Assembly: GCA_023265365.1 (NCBI GenBank)
Contig: JAHFTY010000001.1
Location: 3,656 to 67,655, forward strand
Direction: 5' to 3'
Source: Acidobacteriota bacterium
GTDB lineage: Bacteria; Acidobacteriota; Terriglobia; 20CM-2-55-15
Length of the DNA: 64,000 nt
Shown: positions 9,408 to 19,100 of the stretch, in pieces
Layout: each line of letters starts with the position of its first letter
Position numbering within the stretch: the first letter of the stretch is position 1
Program-made: the position numbers and the translations under genes
Notes under the pieces: generated by a model
What the model saw: the letters and a program-made list of their open reading frames with translations, nothing else
Told to the model about the DNA's origin: nothing
The model's database searches: none

Positions 9408-10913
9408 GTGTTCAACAAAGTACTGGTTGCCAATCGAGGTGAAATTGCGGTTCGCGTGATCCGCGCCTGCAGGGAGATGGGAATCCGGACCGTCGCCGTC
9501 TACTCCGACGCCGACCGGGGAGCGCTCCACGTCAGGATGGCCGATGAAGCGTTCCCGATCGGACCCGCAGCGTCGAGAGAGAGCTATCTGGTGATCGAGA
9601 AGATCATCGGTGTCGCAAGAACCGCCCAGGCCGAAGCGATCCACCCGGGTTACGGGTTTCTTGCCGAAAATGCCGCCTTCGCCCGAGCGTGCGAGGACGC
9701 CGGCATCACTTTCATCGGACCATCCGCCGCTTCCATTTCGCTGATGGGATCCAAGGTCGAGTCGCGCCGGGCCGCCTCAAAGTTCGAGGTGCCGATGGTT
9801 CCGGGCACGTTGGACCCGGTGGAGTCTGAAGATGAGGCGTGCCGGATAGCGAAATCGATTGGATACCCCATCATGCTCAAGGCGTCGGCCGGAGGCGGAG
9901 GCAAGGGCCTTCGGTTCGTCCGGAACGAGGGAGAAATGGAGAGCGCCCTCCGCAATACGCGTTCGGAGGCCCTGGGTGCGTTTGGCGACTCCGCCGTGTA
10001 TATCGAGAAGTTTGTCGAGGAACCCCGGCACATCGAAATCCAGGTGCTGGCGGACAGACATGGCAACGCGATCTACCTGGGCGAACGCGAATGCACGATT
10101 CAAAGGCGTCATCAGAAGGTCATCGAAGAGTGTCCATCGCCCGTCGTGAACGCCGAACTTCGCCGCCAAATGGGTGAAGCGGCAATCCAGGTCGTGCGCG
10201 CGGCCGACTACCACAATGCCGGAACGGTGGAATTCCTCGTCGACCGGAACCTCCGGTTCTACTTCCTGGAAATGAACACCCGACTCCAGGTGGAACATCC
10301 CATCACGGAGATGGTGACCGGTATCGACCTGGTGAAGCAGCAGTTGCGCGTGGCCGCGGGTCATAAGCTGGAGATGGCTCAGGAAGACCTGACGATGCGC
10401 GGATCGGCCATTGAATGCCGCGTCTATGCGGAAGATCCGGACAACAACTTCTTTCCTTCTCCCGGTAGAATCACGCTGCTTCGTACGCCCTCCGGACCCG
10501 GCATTCGCGACGATGGCGGCGTTTACGAAGGGTGGACAGTCCCGATCGACTACGATCCGCTGATCTCCAAGCTTGTCGCCTGGGGAAGCACCCGGGACGA
10601 GGCGATCCATCGGATGCAGAGGGCGTTACAGGAGTACCAGGTTGAAGGAATCCAGACGAATATCTCGTTCTTCATGGAGATTCTTCAGGATGCCGACTTT
10701 CGAAAGGGCACATTTGACACCGGATTCATCGACCGCTGGCTGAAGACCAGGACGGGGGCCACCACGGTTTCGGAGACGGATCACGATCTGGCCCTGCTCG
10801 CTGCCGCCCTTCACCATGCCGATCGGTCGGCCCTGCCAGGCGATTCAGTCACGAGCCCAGCCGCAAATCCCTGGAAAGAGGCGGGACGGTTGGGGGCGAT
10901 GAGAAACCGATGA
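9408..10913 (+). CDS. accC: Biotin carboxylase subunit (AccC / acyl-CoA carboxylase alpha, BC domain)
   Basis: ATP-grasp biotin carboxylase motifs (NRGEIAVRVIRA, GYPIMLKASAGGGGKG, EMNTRLQVEH). GTG start. Confidence 0.9.
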   Translation: MFNKVLVANRGEIAVRVIRACREMGIRTVAVYSDADRGALHVRMADEAFPIGPAASRESYLVIEKIIGVARTAQAEAIHPGYGFLAENAAFARACEDAGITFIGPSAASISLMGSKVESRRAASKFEVPMVPGTLDPVESEDEACRIAKSIGYPIMLKASAGGGGKGLRFVRNEGEMESALRNTRSEALGAFGDSAVYIEKFVEEPRHIEIQVLADRHGNAIYLGERECTIQRRHQKVIEECPSPVVNAELRRQMGEAAIQVVRAADYHNAGTVEFLVDRNLRFYFLEMNTRLQVEHPITEMVTGIDLVKQQLRVAAGHKLEMAQEDLTMRGSAIECRVYAEDPDNNFFPSPGRITLLRTPSGPGIRDDGGVYEGWTVPIDYDPLISKLVAWGSTRDEAIHRMQRALQEYQVEGIQTNISFFMEILQDADFRKGTFDTGFIDRWLKTRTGATTVSETDHDLALLAAALHHADRSALPGDSVTSPAANPWKEAGRLGAMRNR

Positions 10914-11407
10914 AGTACACCGCCATCGTCGACAACCAGCGGCTGGACGTCGTCTTCGAGCGAACGGGACCGGCGTCGATCAAGGCCCGGATCGGCAATC
11001 GCGAATACGTGCTCGAGGTCAGCAGCGTCCAGCCGGGCGTTTACTGGTTCAATTGGAACAACCGCTCGATCGAGGTCACGATCACGCCGGCCCTGGAAGG
11101 GTATACCGCTTCGGTTCATCACCACCGGATCGCCGTCGAAATCCTGGACGCTCGAGCTGCCCTGAAAAAGGCGGCCCAGCACGGCCACGATGGAGTGATC
11201 GAGGTCCGGGCGCCGATGCCGGGCAAAATCGTGAAAGTTCTTGTGGCTGAAGGAACAGAAGTGAATGCGAACCAGGGGATTCTGGTGATGGAGGCGATGA
11301 AGATGCAGAACGAAATCAAATCGCCCAAGAAAGGCGTGCTGAAAAAGCTGACGGCCGCCGAAGGCGTCGCCGTGAATTCCGGCGACGTCCTGGCGACCGT
11401 CGAATAG
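10910..11407 (+). CDS. accB: Biotin carboxyl carrier protein (biotinyl domain, EAMKM)
   Basis: C-terminal biotinyl domain with the EAMKMQNEI motif. Its start overlaps the accC stop (ATGA). Confidence 0.85.
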   Translation: MKYTAIVDNQRLDVVFERTGPASIKARIGNREYVLEVSSVQPGVYWFNWNNRSIEVTITPALEGYTASVHHHRIAVEILDARAALKKAAQHGHDGVIEVRAPMPGKIVKVLVAEGTEVNANQGILVMEAMKMQNEIKSPKKGVLKKLTAAEGVAVNSGDVLATVE

Positions 11408-11411
11408 TCGT

Positions 11412-12497
11412 TTATTTCTTGGTCGCGTCCGGCTTCGGGGCAGGAGCCGCCGGCGCAGCGGCGGCGGCCGCCGGTTGCTCTTTGCCGGCACTTTCAAGAA
11501 CCCGCTGAGCAAAGTAATTGTTGATCTTCGCGTTGTTCCTGGCGCTTTCCGAAAACGCGTTCTTGTAGAGCGAGTCCTTCCGGTTGAAAATCACCTGCCG
11601 GACCTGGGCGGAAACCCGCGGGTCGGACAAATCTTTCTGACCTCCGGGATCCTTCTCCAGCAGTTTCACAATGTGAAAACCGAATCGCGTTTCGATGACC
11701 GGCGACGTTTCGCCGACTTTCAGTTTCTTGACGGCCGCGGCCAGGGCGGGATCGGTATTGCCGATCGCATCGATCGGCTGGAAACTCAAGTCTCCGCCAT
11801 TGGGAGTTGAAGCGGGGTCTTCCGAGTCGTTCCGGGCGACGGTCGCAAAATCCTGACCGGACTGAATCTCTCGTAAGACGCGAGTCGCCTTGGATCGAGC
11901 TTCCTCGGGAGTCTTGGCGTCGTCTTTCTTGAGATTGTTGACGTCGGGATTCACGCCCGCATCCACGAGAATATGTGCGATGCGGTATCCCTCCGGCAGG
12001 TTGAAGCTTTCCCGGTTCTTGTCGAAGAAGGCTTTGATCTCGGCTTCGGAGACGGAGATTTTCGAGGTGATCTCCTTGTTCACCAGCTTGTCGATGGTGA
12101 TGTTCTTGCGCATCTCCGCCTTGACGTCATTGACCGTCATTTTCTGCTGCTTGAGCATGTTCTGGAATTGCTCTTCAGTACCCTGGCTTTTCAGCTCGTT
12201 GAGCTTAACTTCCACCTCCGCATCCGTGGCGGTGAGGCCGGACTGCGACGCCATTTCGAGGAGGATCTGGTCGTTGATCATCTGGTTAAGCAACTGAAGC
12301 TTCAGGTCTTGCGCTTCCTCAGCCGACGCAGGCTGCTGATCCGTGGTGCGGGCCTGAAACTGCTTTTCCAATTCGGCCGTTGTGATCTCCTTGCCGTTGA
12401 CCCGGGCGGCAACATCGCCAGACGCGGTCGACTGTGACCCGCATGAGGCGGTTAGAAGGACGGCGGCGACAACCGCCAGACTGAATATCGATTTCAC
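11412..12497 (-). CDS. Peptidyl-prolyl cis-trans isomerase, parvulin (PpiC) type, SurA/PrsA-like lipoprotein
   Basis: Lipoprotein signal (VKSIFSLAVVAAVLLTASC), a PpiC domain (GGDLSF...FGFHIVKL) and an Ala/Pro-rich tail. The start was reassigned to a GTG with a GGAG RBS (Val97 of the track ORF). Confidence 0.8.
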   Translation of the reverse strand: MKSIFSLAVVAAVLLTASCGSQSTASGDVAARVNGKEITTAELEKQFQARTTDQQPASAEEAQDLKLQLLNQMINDQILLEMASQSGLTATDAEVEVKLNELKSQGTEEQFQNMLKQQKMTVNDVKAEMRKNITIDKLVNKEITSKISVSEAEIKAFFDKNRESFNLPEGYRIAHILVDAGVNPDVNNLKKDDAKTPEEARSKATRVLREIQSGQDFATVARNDSEDPASTPNGGDLSFQPIDAIGNTDPALAAAVKKLKVGETSPVIETRFGFHIVKLLEKDPGGQKDLSDPRVSAQVRQVIFNRKDSLYKNAFSESARNNAKINNYFAQRVLESAGKEQPAAAAAAPAAPAPKPDATKK

Positions 12498-12613
12498 AGA
12501 AGAACTCCCCGACTGTAGTCGCCAACTGGAACTGGCGCTGACCGGCTGGAGCCGATCCCTACAAGAATGCAGGGCATTGTAGCACAAAGGGATCGGGCGG
12601 CCGGGGACCCCTA

Positions 12614-12622
12614 TGCTATACT
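12614..12622 (+). promoter_or_regulatory. Putative extended -10 promoter (TGcTATACT) for rpmB
   Basis: Located ~32 nt upstream of the rpmB ATG. No clear -35, which is consistent with the extended -10 class. Confidence 0.3.
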
Positions 12623-12653
12623 CCGCTTTTATATTTTGAGGAGATTTCGTCAC

Positions 12654-12842
12654 ATGGCGCAGCGCTGCGAAATATGTAACAAAGGTCCCGTTTATGGTAA
12701 CCGGGTGAGCCACGCTCACAACCTGACCCGACGTCGCTGGAACCCCAATCTTCAGCAGGTTCGCGTCATTGAAGGCAAAACCCACAAAAGGATGCGCGTT
12801 TGCACCAACTGCATCCGTTCCGGCCGGATCACCAAAGCCTGA
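12654..12842 (+). CDS. rpmB: 50S ribosomal protein L28 (zinc-ribbon C+ form)
   Basis: The sequence MAQRCEICNKGPVYGNRVSHAHNLTRRRWNPNLQ... is the L28 signature, with CxxC...CxxC. A GAGGAG RBS sits 7 nt upstream. Confidence 0.85.
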   Translation: MAQRCEICNKGPVYGNRVSHAHNLTRRRWNPNLQQVRVIEGKTHKRMRVCTNCIRSGRITKA

Positions 12843-12888
12843 CTCTCTTCGTCGTGTATCGGAGCCGCCGGACCGCGTCTAAAGAACT

Positions 12889-15615
12889 ATGACGGTGCGG
12901 TGCCTGATATTCCTCCTGCTGATACCGGCGGTTTCATTCCCTCAGCAGCCATACTACGGAACGAGGGTTAGCGGCCTGACCCTATCCGGAACGTCCGTCG
13001 ACTCCGACCTCCAGTTCATCCCCCTGCGGGTCGGAGATACCATCACTCCGGACAACGTCCGTGAAGCGATTCAGTTCCTCTACAACACCGGCCGCTATCA
13101 CCACATCGAAGTCGATGCCACCTCGGAAGGGGCCGGCACCCATCTCACTTTCAGCGTTCGTCCTTATTACTACTTCAGTACTTTTCGGCTGGAGCCCGAA
13201 TACCTCCTGGACCGGACGCTCTCGGGTTTCTTTCGCCTTCCGGTGGGGGAGAAGTTCTCTGAAACCGTCGCGGACCGGATCGCGGCCGACACCGTCCGGC
13301 TGTTGATCAACGAAGGGTACATCGATGCAAAAGTCGTCCCCGAGATTCAACTGGACTCCACCACGAGGCTGGCCACGGTGGTGCTCAAGGCGGATGTTCA
13401 AAGCAAAGCGGTTGTCTCCAGGATCGACATTACCGGGGGCGAAGAAGTCTTCGATCGCAAAGAACTTGCTGATGCATTCGGCCTTCAACGCGGTCATAAG
13501 TTCTCATCCCAACAATACGACGCCGGTCTTCGCCGAATTCGAGACAAGTTCGTCAACCTCCCGGCCGGCGCGTTCCTGAATACCCGGATCGACGTCAGCC
13601 GCTCGGACCACGCGGACACCAACACCGTCGATTTCACCCTCAAAATCGATCCCGGCCTGTTCACGCTGGTGGAGGTCGCCGGATATGAGATCGGCCAGAA
13701 AAAGCTCAAGGCGCTGGTCCCGATGTATGAGGAAGGATCGGTCGACCCGGATCTTGTCGAAGAGGGGAGAAGTAAGCTCCGCGCCTTTCTGCAGCAGGAA
13801 GGCTACTTCGAAGCGGAGGTCCGATCCGAAGTCATTCCTGCCCCGCTCGACAACGCCGTTCAAATCAACTACACGGTCGACAAAGGCGCGCGTCACCGGA
13901 TTGCCGCGGTCCGGATTGAAGGACAAACCTTTTTCACCGAAGAACAGATCAAAGCCCGGATGAAAGTGCGGGCCGGGGGATTCCTCGATTCCGGGCTCTT
14001 CAGTCCGGAACTGCTCGACCAGGATGTGAAGTCGATACACGGGCTGTATCGAAGCGCCGGCTTCGAAGGCACGCAGATCAATCCGGAACCGAATGAGCGG
14101 GAACATGAGATCGAAATTGTGATTTCGATCGACGAGGGCCGGCGTTTTCCGATCGAAATCATCTCGTTCCATGGAAACGTCCAGGTGTCGGGCGAGGAGA
14201 TCCTGGAGCGCAGCGGACTCCGGGCAAACCAGATCTACACGCCCGTCGATCTTGAGAATGCCCGGAATGCCCTGACCTCGATGTACTACGCCAAGGGGTT
14301 CCCGGACGCCCGGATCGATGCGGCCGCGGAGCGCCTCGAAACGAATCGAGGAGTTCAGGTCACGTTCCGGATTGTGGAGGGAGAACGGTACACGATCGGC
14401 CGGATCCTCGTCGCCGGGAATACCCTGACAAAAGACAAGATCATCCATCGCAACAGCAATCTTTATCCGAACACGCCGTACAATCCGGAAGCCCTTCTCG
14501 AGTCGCAGCAGAGGCTTTACGCCACCGGGCTGTTCACCCGTGTCGACATTGTTCCTCTGCAGCAGGACCTGCCGTCGGTCCGCAACGTTCTGATTCACGT
14601 GGAGGACGGCAAACCGATCCTGCTGACGCCCAGCTTCGGTGTCAAGGAGGGTGAGGGTCCCCGCGCAACGTTCGAAGTGGCTCATAACAATCTTTTTGGG
14701 TTGGACCGGTCGATCAGCCTCAGGGCACGCGGCAGCCTTCGGGGCAACAAACCCGGCCAGCTTCTTTTACAGGCCACTTATAAGGAACCCAAGCTGTTCA
14801 ATCACGATCTGGAAGGATTCGCTTCGGTCTTCGCCGAACGCAGCCATCAAAAGCAATATGACGCCAGCCGGGTCGACTTTTCCCTGCAGGCGCTCAGGCG
14901 GCTGTCCGCCACCGAAAGCATTCTTGCGCTGGCAAGCTATCAAACCGTCAACCCGCGCGATTTTCGAATCAATCCCCGGGCCGAGCAGTTCCCCGAAGGC
15001 GGTATCATCCAAATCGCACGGGTGGGCGGTTCGTACGTCCGGGACCGCCGTGACGATGCCATCAATCCAAATAAAGGTTCCTTCGAAACGACCAGCCTCC
15101 AGATCGCAAGCCGGGCACTGCGTTCGGAAGTCAACTTCACGTCTTTTTTCAATCAGTCCAACTTCTACCGGCCGCTGGGGTCCGCCGTCCTGGCGAGTTC
15201 CGTGCGATTTGGATGGAACCAGCCTTTCGGTGAAACCAGGCAACTGCCGATCACCGAGCGTTACTTTGCCGGGGGATCCACAACGCTGCGCGGGTTCGCA
15301 CAGGATGAGGCGGGTCCCGAAGCCGGCGGAAACACGATGGCCATCGGCAACGTGGAATACCGCCTTCCTTTGCCGGTTCTTCGAATCAAAGAACTGGGAG
15401 TGGCGTTCTTTTACGACGGCGGCAATGTCTTTGCCAGGATCAACGATGTGAAATTTCGAGACCTGACCCATACCGGGGGCGCCGGCTTGCGGTACAACAC
15501 GCCGCTGGGTCCGGTCCGGTTCGATATGGGCATCAATCTGCATCCAAGAGTCAGGCCCGGCGGGCAAAAAGAGGAGCGGGTCCATTTCTTTTTCACCCTG
15601 GGTCACACATTCTGA
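12889..15615 (+). CDS. bamA: Outer membrane protein assembly factor BamA (POTRA repeats + Omp85 barrel)
   Basis: Signal peptide, multiple POTRA-like repeats, and a C-terminal barrel ending ...FFFTLGHTF (terminal Phe). Confidence 0.9.
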   Translation: MTVRCLIFLLLIPAVSFPQQPYYGTRVSGLTLSGTSVDSDLQFIPLRVGDTITPDNVREAIQFLYNTGRYHHIEVDATSEGAGTHLTFSVRPYYYFSTFRLEPEYLLDRTLSGFFRLPVGEKFSETVADRIAADTVRLLINEGYIDAKVVPEIQLDSTTRLATVVLKADVQSKAVVSRIDITGGEEVFDRKELADAFGLQRGHKFSSQQYDAGLRRIRDKFVNLPAGAFLNTRIDVSRSDHADTNTVDFTLKIDPGLFTLVEVAGYEIGQKKLKALVPMYEEGSVDPDLVEEGRSKLRAFLQQEGYFEAEVRSEVIPAPLDNAVQINYTVDKGARHRIAAVRIEGQTFFTEEQIKARMKVRAGGFLDSGLFSPELLDQDVKSIHGLYRSAGFEGTQINPEPNEREHEIEIVISIDEGRRFPIEIISFHGNVQVSGEEILERSGLRANQIYTPVDLENARNALTSMYYAKGFPDARIDAAAERLETNRGVQVTFRIVEGERYTIGRILVAGNTLTKDKIIHRNSNLYPNTPYNPEALLESQQRLYATGLFTRVDIVPLQQDLPSVRNVLIHVEDGKPILLTPSFGVKEGEGPRATFEVAHNNLFGLDRSISLRARGSLRGNKPGQLLLQATYKEPKLFNHDLEGFASVFAERSHQKQYDASRVDFSLQALRRLSATESILALASYQTVNPRDFRINPRAEQFPEGGIIQIARVGGSYVRDRRDDAINPNKGSFETTSLQIASRALRSEVNFTSFFNQSNFYRPLGSAVLASSVRFGWNQPFGETRQLPITERYFAGGSTTLRGFAQDEAGPEAGGNTMAIGNVEYRLPLPVLRIKELGVAFFYDGGNVFARINDVKFRDLTHTGGAGLRYNTPLGPVRFDMGINLHPRVRPGGQKEERVHFFFTLGHTF

Positions 15616-16199
15616 TGACGAAGAAAACGTTGTTCATTATTTGCCTGCTGGCCGCGACTTCACTGAAGGCGGAAATCATCGATCGCATGGTTGCGGTCGT
15701 GAACAATCACATCATCACCCTCAGCGATCTTCGGCGGGAACGCGAGATCCGCACCGTTCTGGGCATCGCCGAACCCAAGGACGACAAAACGATCCTTCGG
15801 GAACTGATCGACGCTCAGATCATCGAAGACCAGATCGCGCAATTTCCAGGCATCGACGTCACTGAGACGCAACTCGATTCAGAACTCAAGAAACACGCCG
15901 ATCTCCGCGGGGTGAGCCCCGAAGTCCTGCGCGAGGCGATCCTCCGGCGGTTGCGTGCGAGCGAGTTCGTTCAGGTTCGTTTCCGGCAGTTCATCCGGCC
16001 CACCGACGAGGAGGTCCGGAACTACTATCGGACCGTCTTTGTGCCCAGGGCCGAAAGGCAGGGAATGACGCCCATCCCCTCTTTCGAACAAATTGAGGAA
16101 GCCGTCCGAATGAATGTGACGGAGGAAAAGGTCGCGCACGAAATCGAAAACTGGCTGGACGCGATTCGCCGGAGGAGCGACATTGAAGTTTTTGACTAG
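15615..16199 (+). CDS. Periplasmic chaperone, SurA N-terminal-domain-like (no PPIase domain)
   Basis: Signal peptide plus a SurA_N-like helical domain (IDRMVAVVNNHIITLSDL). Its start overlaps the bamA stop (TGATG). Confidence 0.6.
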   Translation: MTKKTLFIICLLAATSLKAEIIDRMVAVVNNHIITLSDLRREREIRTVLGIAEPKDDKTILRELIDAQIIEDQIAQFPGIDVTETQLDSELKKHADLRGVSPEVLREAILRRLRASEFVQVRFRQFIRPTDEEVRNYYRTVFVPRAERQGMTPIPSFEQIEEAVRMNVTEEKVAHEIENWLDAIRRRSDIEVFD

Positions 16200-19100
16200 A
16201 CGGCGCGCTTTCATCCTCCTCAGCTTCGCCCTTCTGATGGGCCTGGGACTGCTCGCCGGACTGTTCATTTACATCGACTCCGCCGCGTTCAAAGAGGACG
16301 CCCGGCGGTTCGTCGTCCGCGAAATCCAGAACCGGACAGGGGCGGCGGTCTCTCTCAAACGCTTTGACTGGAGTCTGCGGAATCGGCGGTTTGAGTTGAC
16401 GGAACTGATCCTTCGGGGACTCGAACCCCGGACCGGCCCGCCGCTCGCCTTCTTCCCTGAGATTCGGGTTGGCCTGAATCTTCGCAGCCTTCTTCAACGC
16501 CGGCTGAACCTGTATGAATTGACGCTGAGAAATCCCGAGTTCTACGTCGTCGTCGATGCGCAGGGCAAAACCAACTTTCCGACGCCGCCGGCCCGGGGCC
16601 CACGCCAGTCCTTCGATTTTGCGATGACGATCGACAACTTCAGGATTGTCGAGGGCGCCGCGGCCGTCAACGAACGGCGGGTGGCGGTTGAACTCGCTCT
16701 CTCGAATGTAGCGTCCGAGATGAGCTATCGGAGTGCGACGGAAGTGCTTTCGAGCCATCTTCACTACGATGGCCAGTTCGTCAGGATGGGGAGAGCCGCT
16801 ATTCCATACACGTTCGACGCTGACCTGGACTACACGCGAGGGACCCTTCTCGCCCGTCGAATCGATCTCACGTCTGCAGCGTCGGCCGTCAGGCTGCAGG
16901 GCCGGATCAACGATCTGCTGCAAAAGACCCGCCTCGGGCGCCTCGAATATACGGGGAATGTCGACTCGCCGTTTCTGAACCACTTCTTCCCAAAAGAGCA
17001 ATTCTCGGGAAAAGCCACGGTCGCCGGAACCCTGGAGTTTTCTGAAGGCTACTTCTTCACGAATGGAAATGCGGCCGCGGACTCCATCAACTTCGACAAC
17101 TGGATCGCCACAGGTCTGCGTTCCGAATACAACTATCGCTATCCGGACAAGCGCCTGGCTATTCGGAATCTGCGTGCAGACCTGGCCGGCGGCAAAGCGG
17201 CCGGCGACGTAACGATTGAGAATATTCCCGGCGATTCGCGCGTCAATCTCGAAATCGATTACAGCCGCGTCGATGCAGCGGCTCTCGCCAGGGCTTATCC
17301 GTGGGACCCGAAATACCGGGTTTACTCGCGCCTGGATGGAACACTGCGCGGATGGTTTGAAGGCCGGATCGAACGGTATGACTTTTCCGGGAAAGCGGTC
17401 TTCACGCCATATTCGCCGCCCAACGTTGCAGGAATCGTAGCGTTACCGCTTGAAGGGACGAGTGGCTACGAAGTCCGGCCCGGTCGTGCGCTGGTGACCG
17501 ATTCGGACGTCCGATTCAAGTCGACTCGGATTAAGGCGAACGGGCTGATTCACCAGAAGGCGTCCGATTTGAAGGTCGAGGTGGAATCGACGGATTTGAG
17601 AGACGCCTGGTTCATTTACGGCGACGCCAACGGCAGCGGCTCCTTTTCAGGTACGCTGACCGGACCGATTCAATGGCCCATTCTTAATGGCGATTTTTCA
17701 CTGCGCAATCATGTTTATCAAAAGCGCTGGACTGTCGAGCACTCAGCCGGTCACGTTCGGCTGGACACGCTGACGCAGGCCGCGGATCTGCGGAGTGTGC
17801 GCATCTTTCAGGGACGATCCGAAATCGAGGTCACGGGAACCACCGAACTCGATGGGTCGCCCGCCGACCTTCGTATCCAGGCTGTCCGAGTGTATGGCGA
17901 GGATTTGAAACCATTCGTCGACCGGCAGATTGCCGGCCAGATGAGTGGAAACCTGCGCCTTACTTCATTCTCGCCGATGCGTGTCGAAGGCGATCTCCGG
18001 GCCGCTGGACTTCAGGTCGATCGCCGTGACGTCGGAAACGCTCAAGGTCGAATCCGTTACGTGGAACCTGTGATTGAGGTCGAGTCGGCATCGATCGTTC
18101 GCAATGGGTCCACGCTGTCCGGCAATCTGACTTTCAATCGCGCGACGGAGGCGCTGAAGTTTGCGGCACGCGTGACGTCGGTCGACTTCGATTCGATCCG
18201 ATGGATAGGACTGCCCGAGGCTTTGAAGGGAACCATGTCGCAGGCTGATCTTCAAGGGAATGGCACATTGAAGCAGCCCAATGTGCGAGGCACCGGCACA
18301 ATTCAGAATCTGGCCCTCAAGACCCTGGCGTTTCCAGTCGTTCGAGTGGACGTGACGTCAGATGGTTCCACGATTCATACAACGATCAATGCCGCTCGAA
18401 ATCTGAATCTGGTGGCCAGAATCAACACGGCCGAACCAACGCTTCCTTTCTCAGCAGAGGCGAGTTTCACCGAGTATTCGCTCGAACAGTTGGCCGGCCT
18501 GTCCCGGGGCTCGCTTCACGCGACGGGAACGGCCGCCATTTCGGGCCTCCTGAAGGACACGAGTTCAATCCATGGGCAGGGCCGGATCGAGGCAGCCGAT
18601 GCGGTGATCGAGGGGCGGCGGTTGCGGGCCGGCAAACCGTTCACGTTCGACTTCAATTCGGATCATCTGACATTGTCTCAAGTCACGTTGAGCGGAGATT
18701 TAACCGAGTTATCCCTCGCCGGCACGATCGGTTTGACGGACAAGGCCACACTCAATCTCAACGTTCGGGGCCGGCTCGACCTTGCGCTGCTTGGCGCAAC
18801 GAATCCGGATCTGGTGTCGGGCGGCAGCGTCACGCTTGATGGACAGGTGCGAGGGACAGCCCAGAATCCGGACCTTCGAGGGATCGCCCACTTCGCCAAT
18901 GCGTCGTTTTCCAAACGCGGCACCTTTACGAGCCTTTCCGACCTGAGTGGCGATCTGTTCTTCGATGAAAACCGGATCACCCTGAACGACATGGGCGGAC
19001 GAATGGGCGGCGGAACGGTCCGTCTTCAGGGAAATGCCGTCCTGCGCGAAACCCAGATCCAGGCGATGAATATTCGCATCGACACCAACGATGTGCGGAT

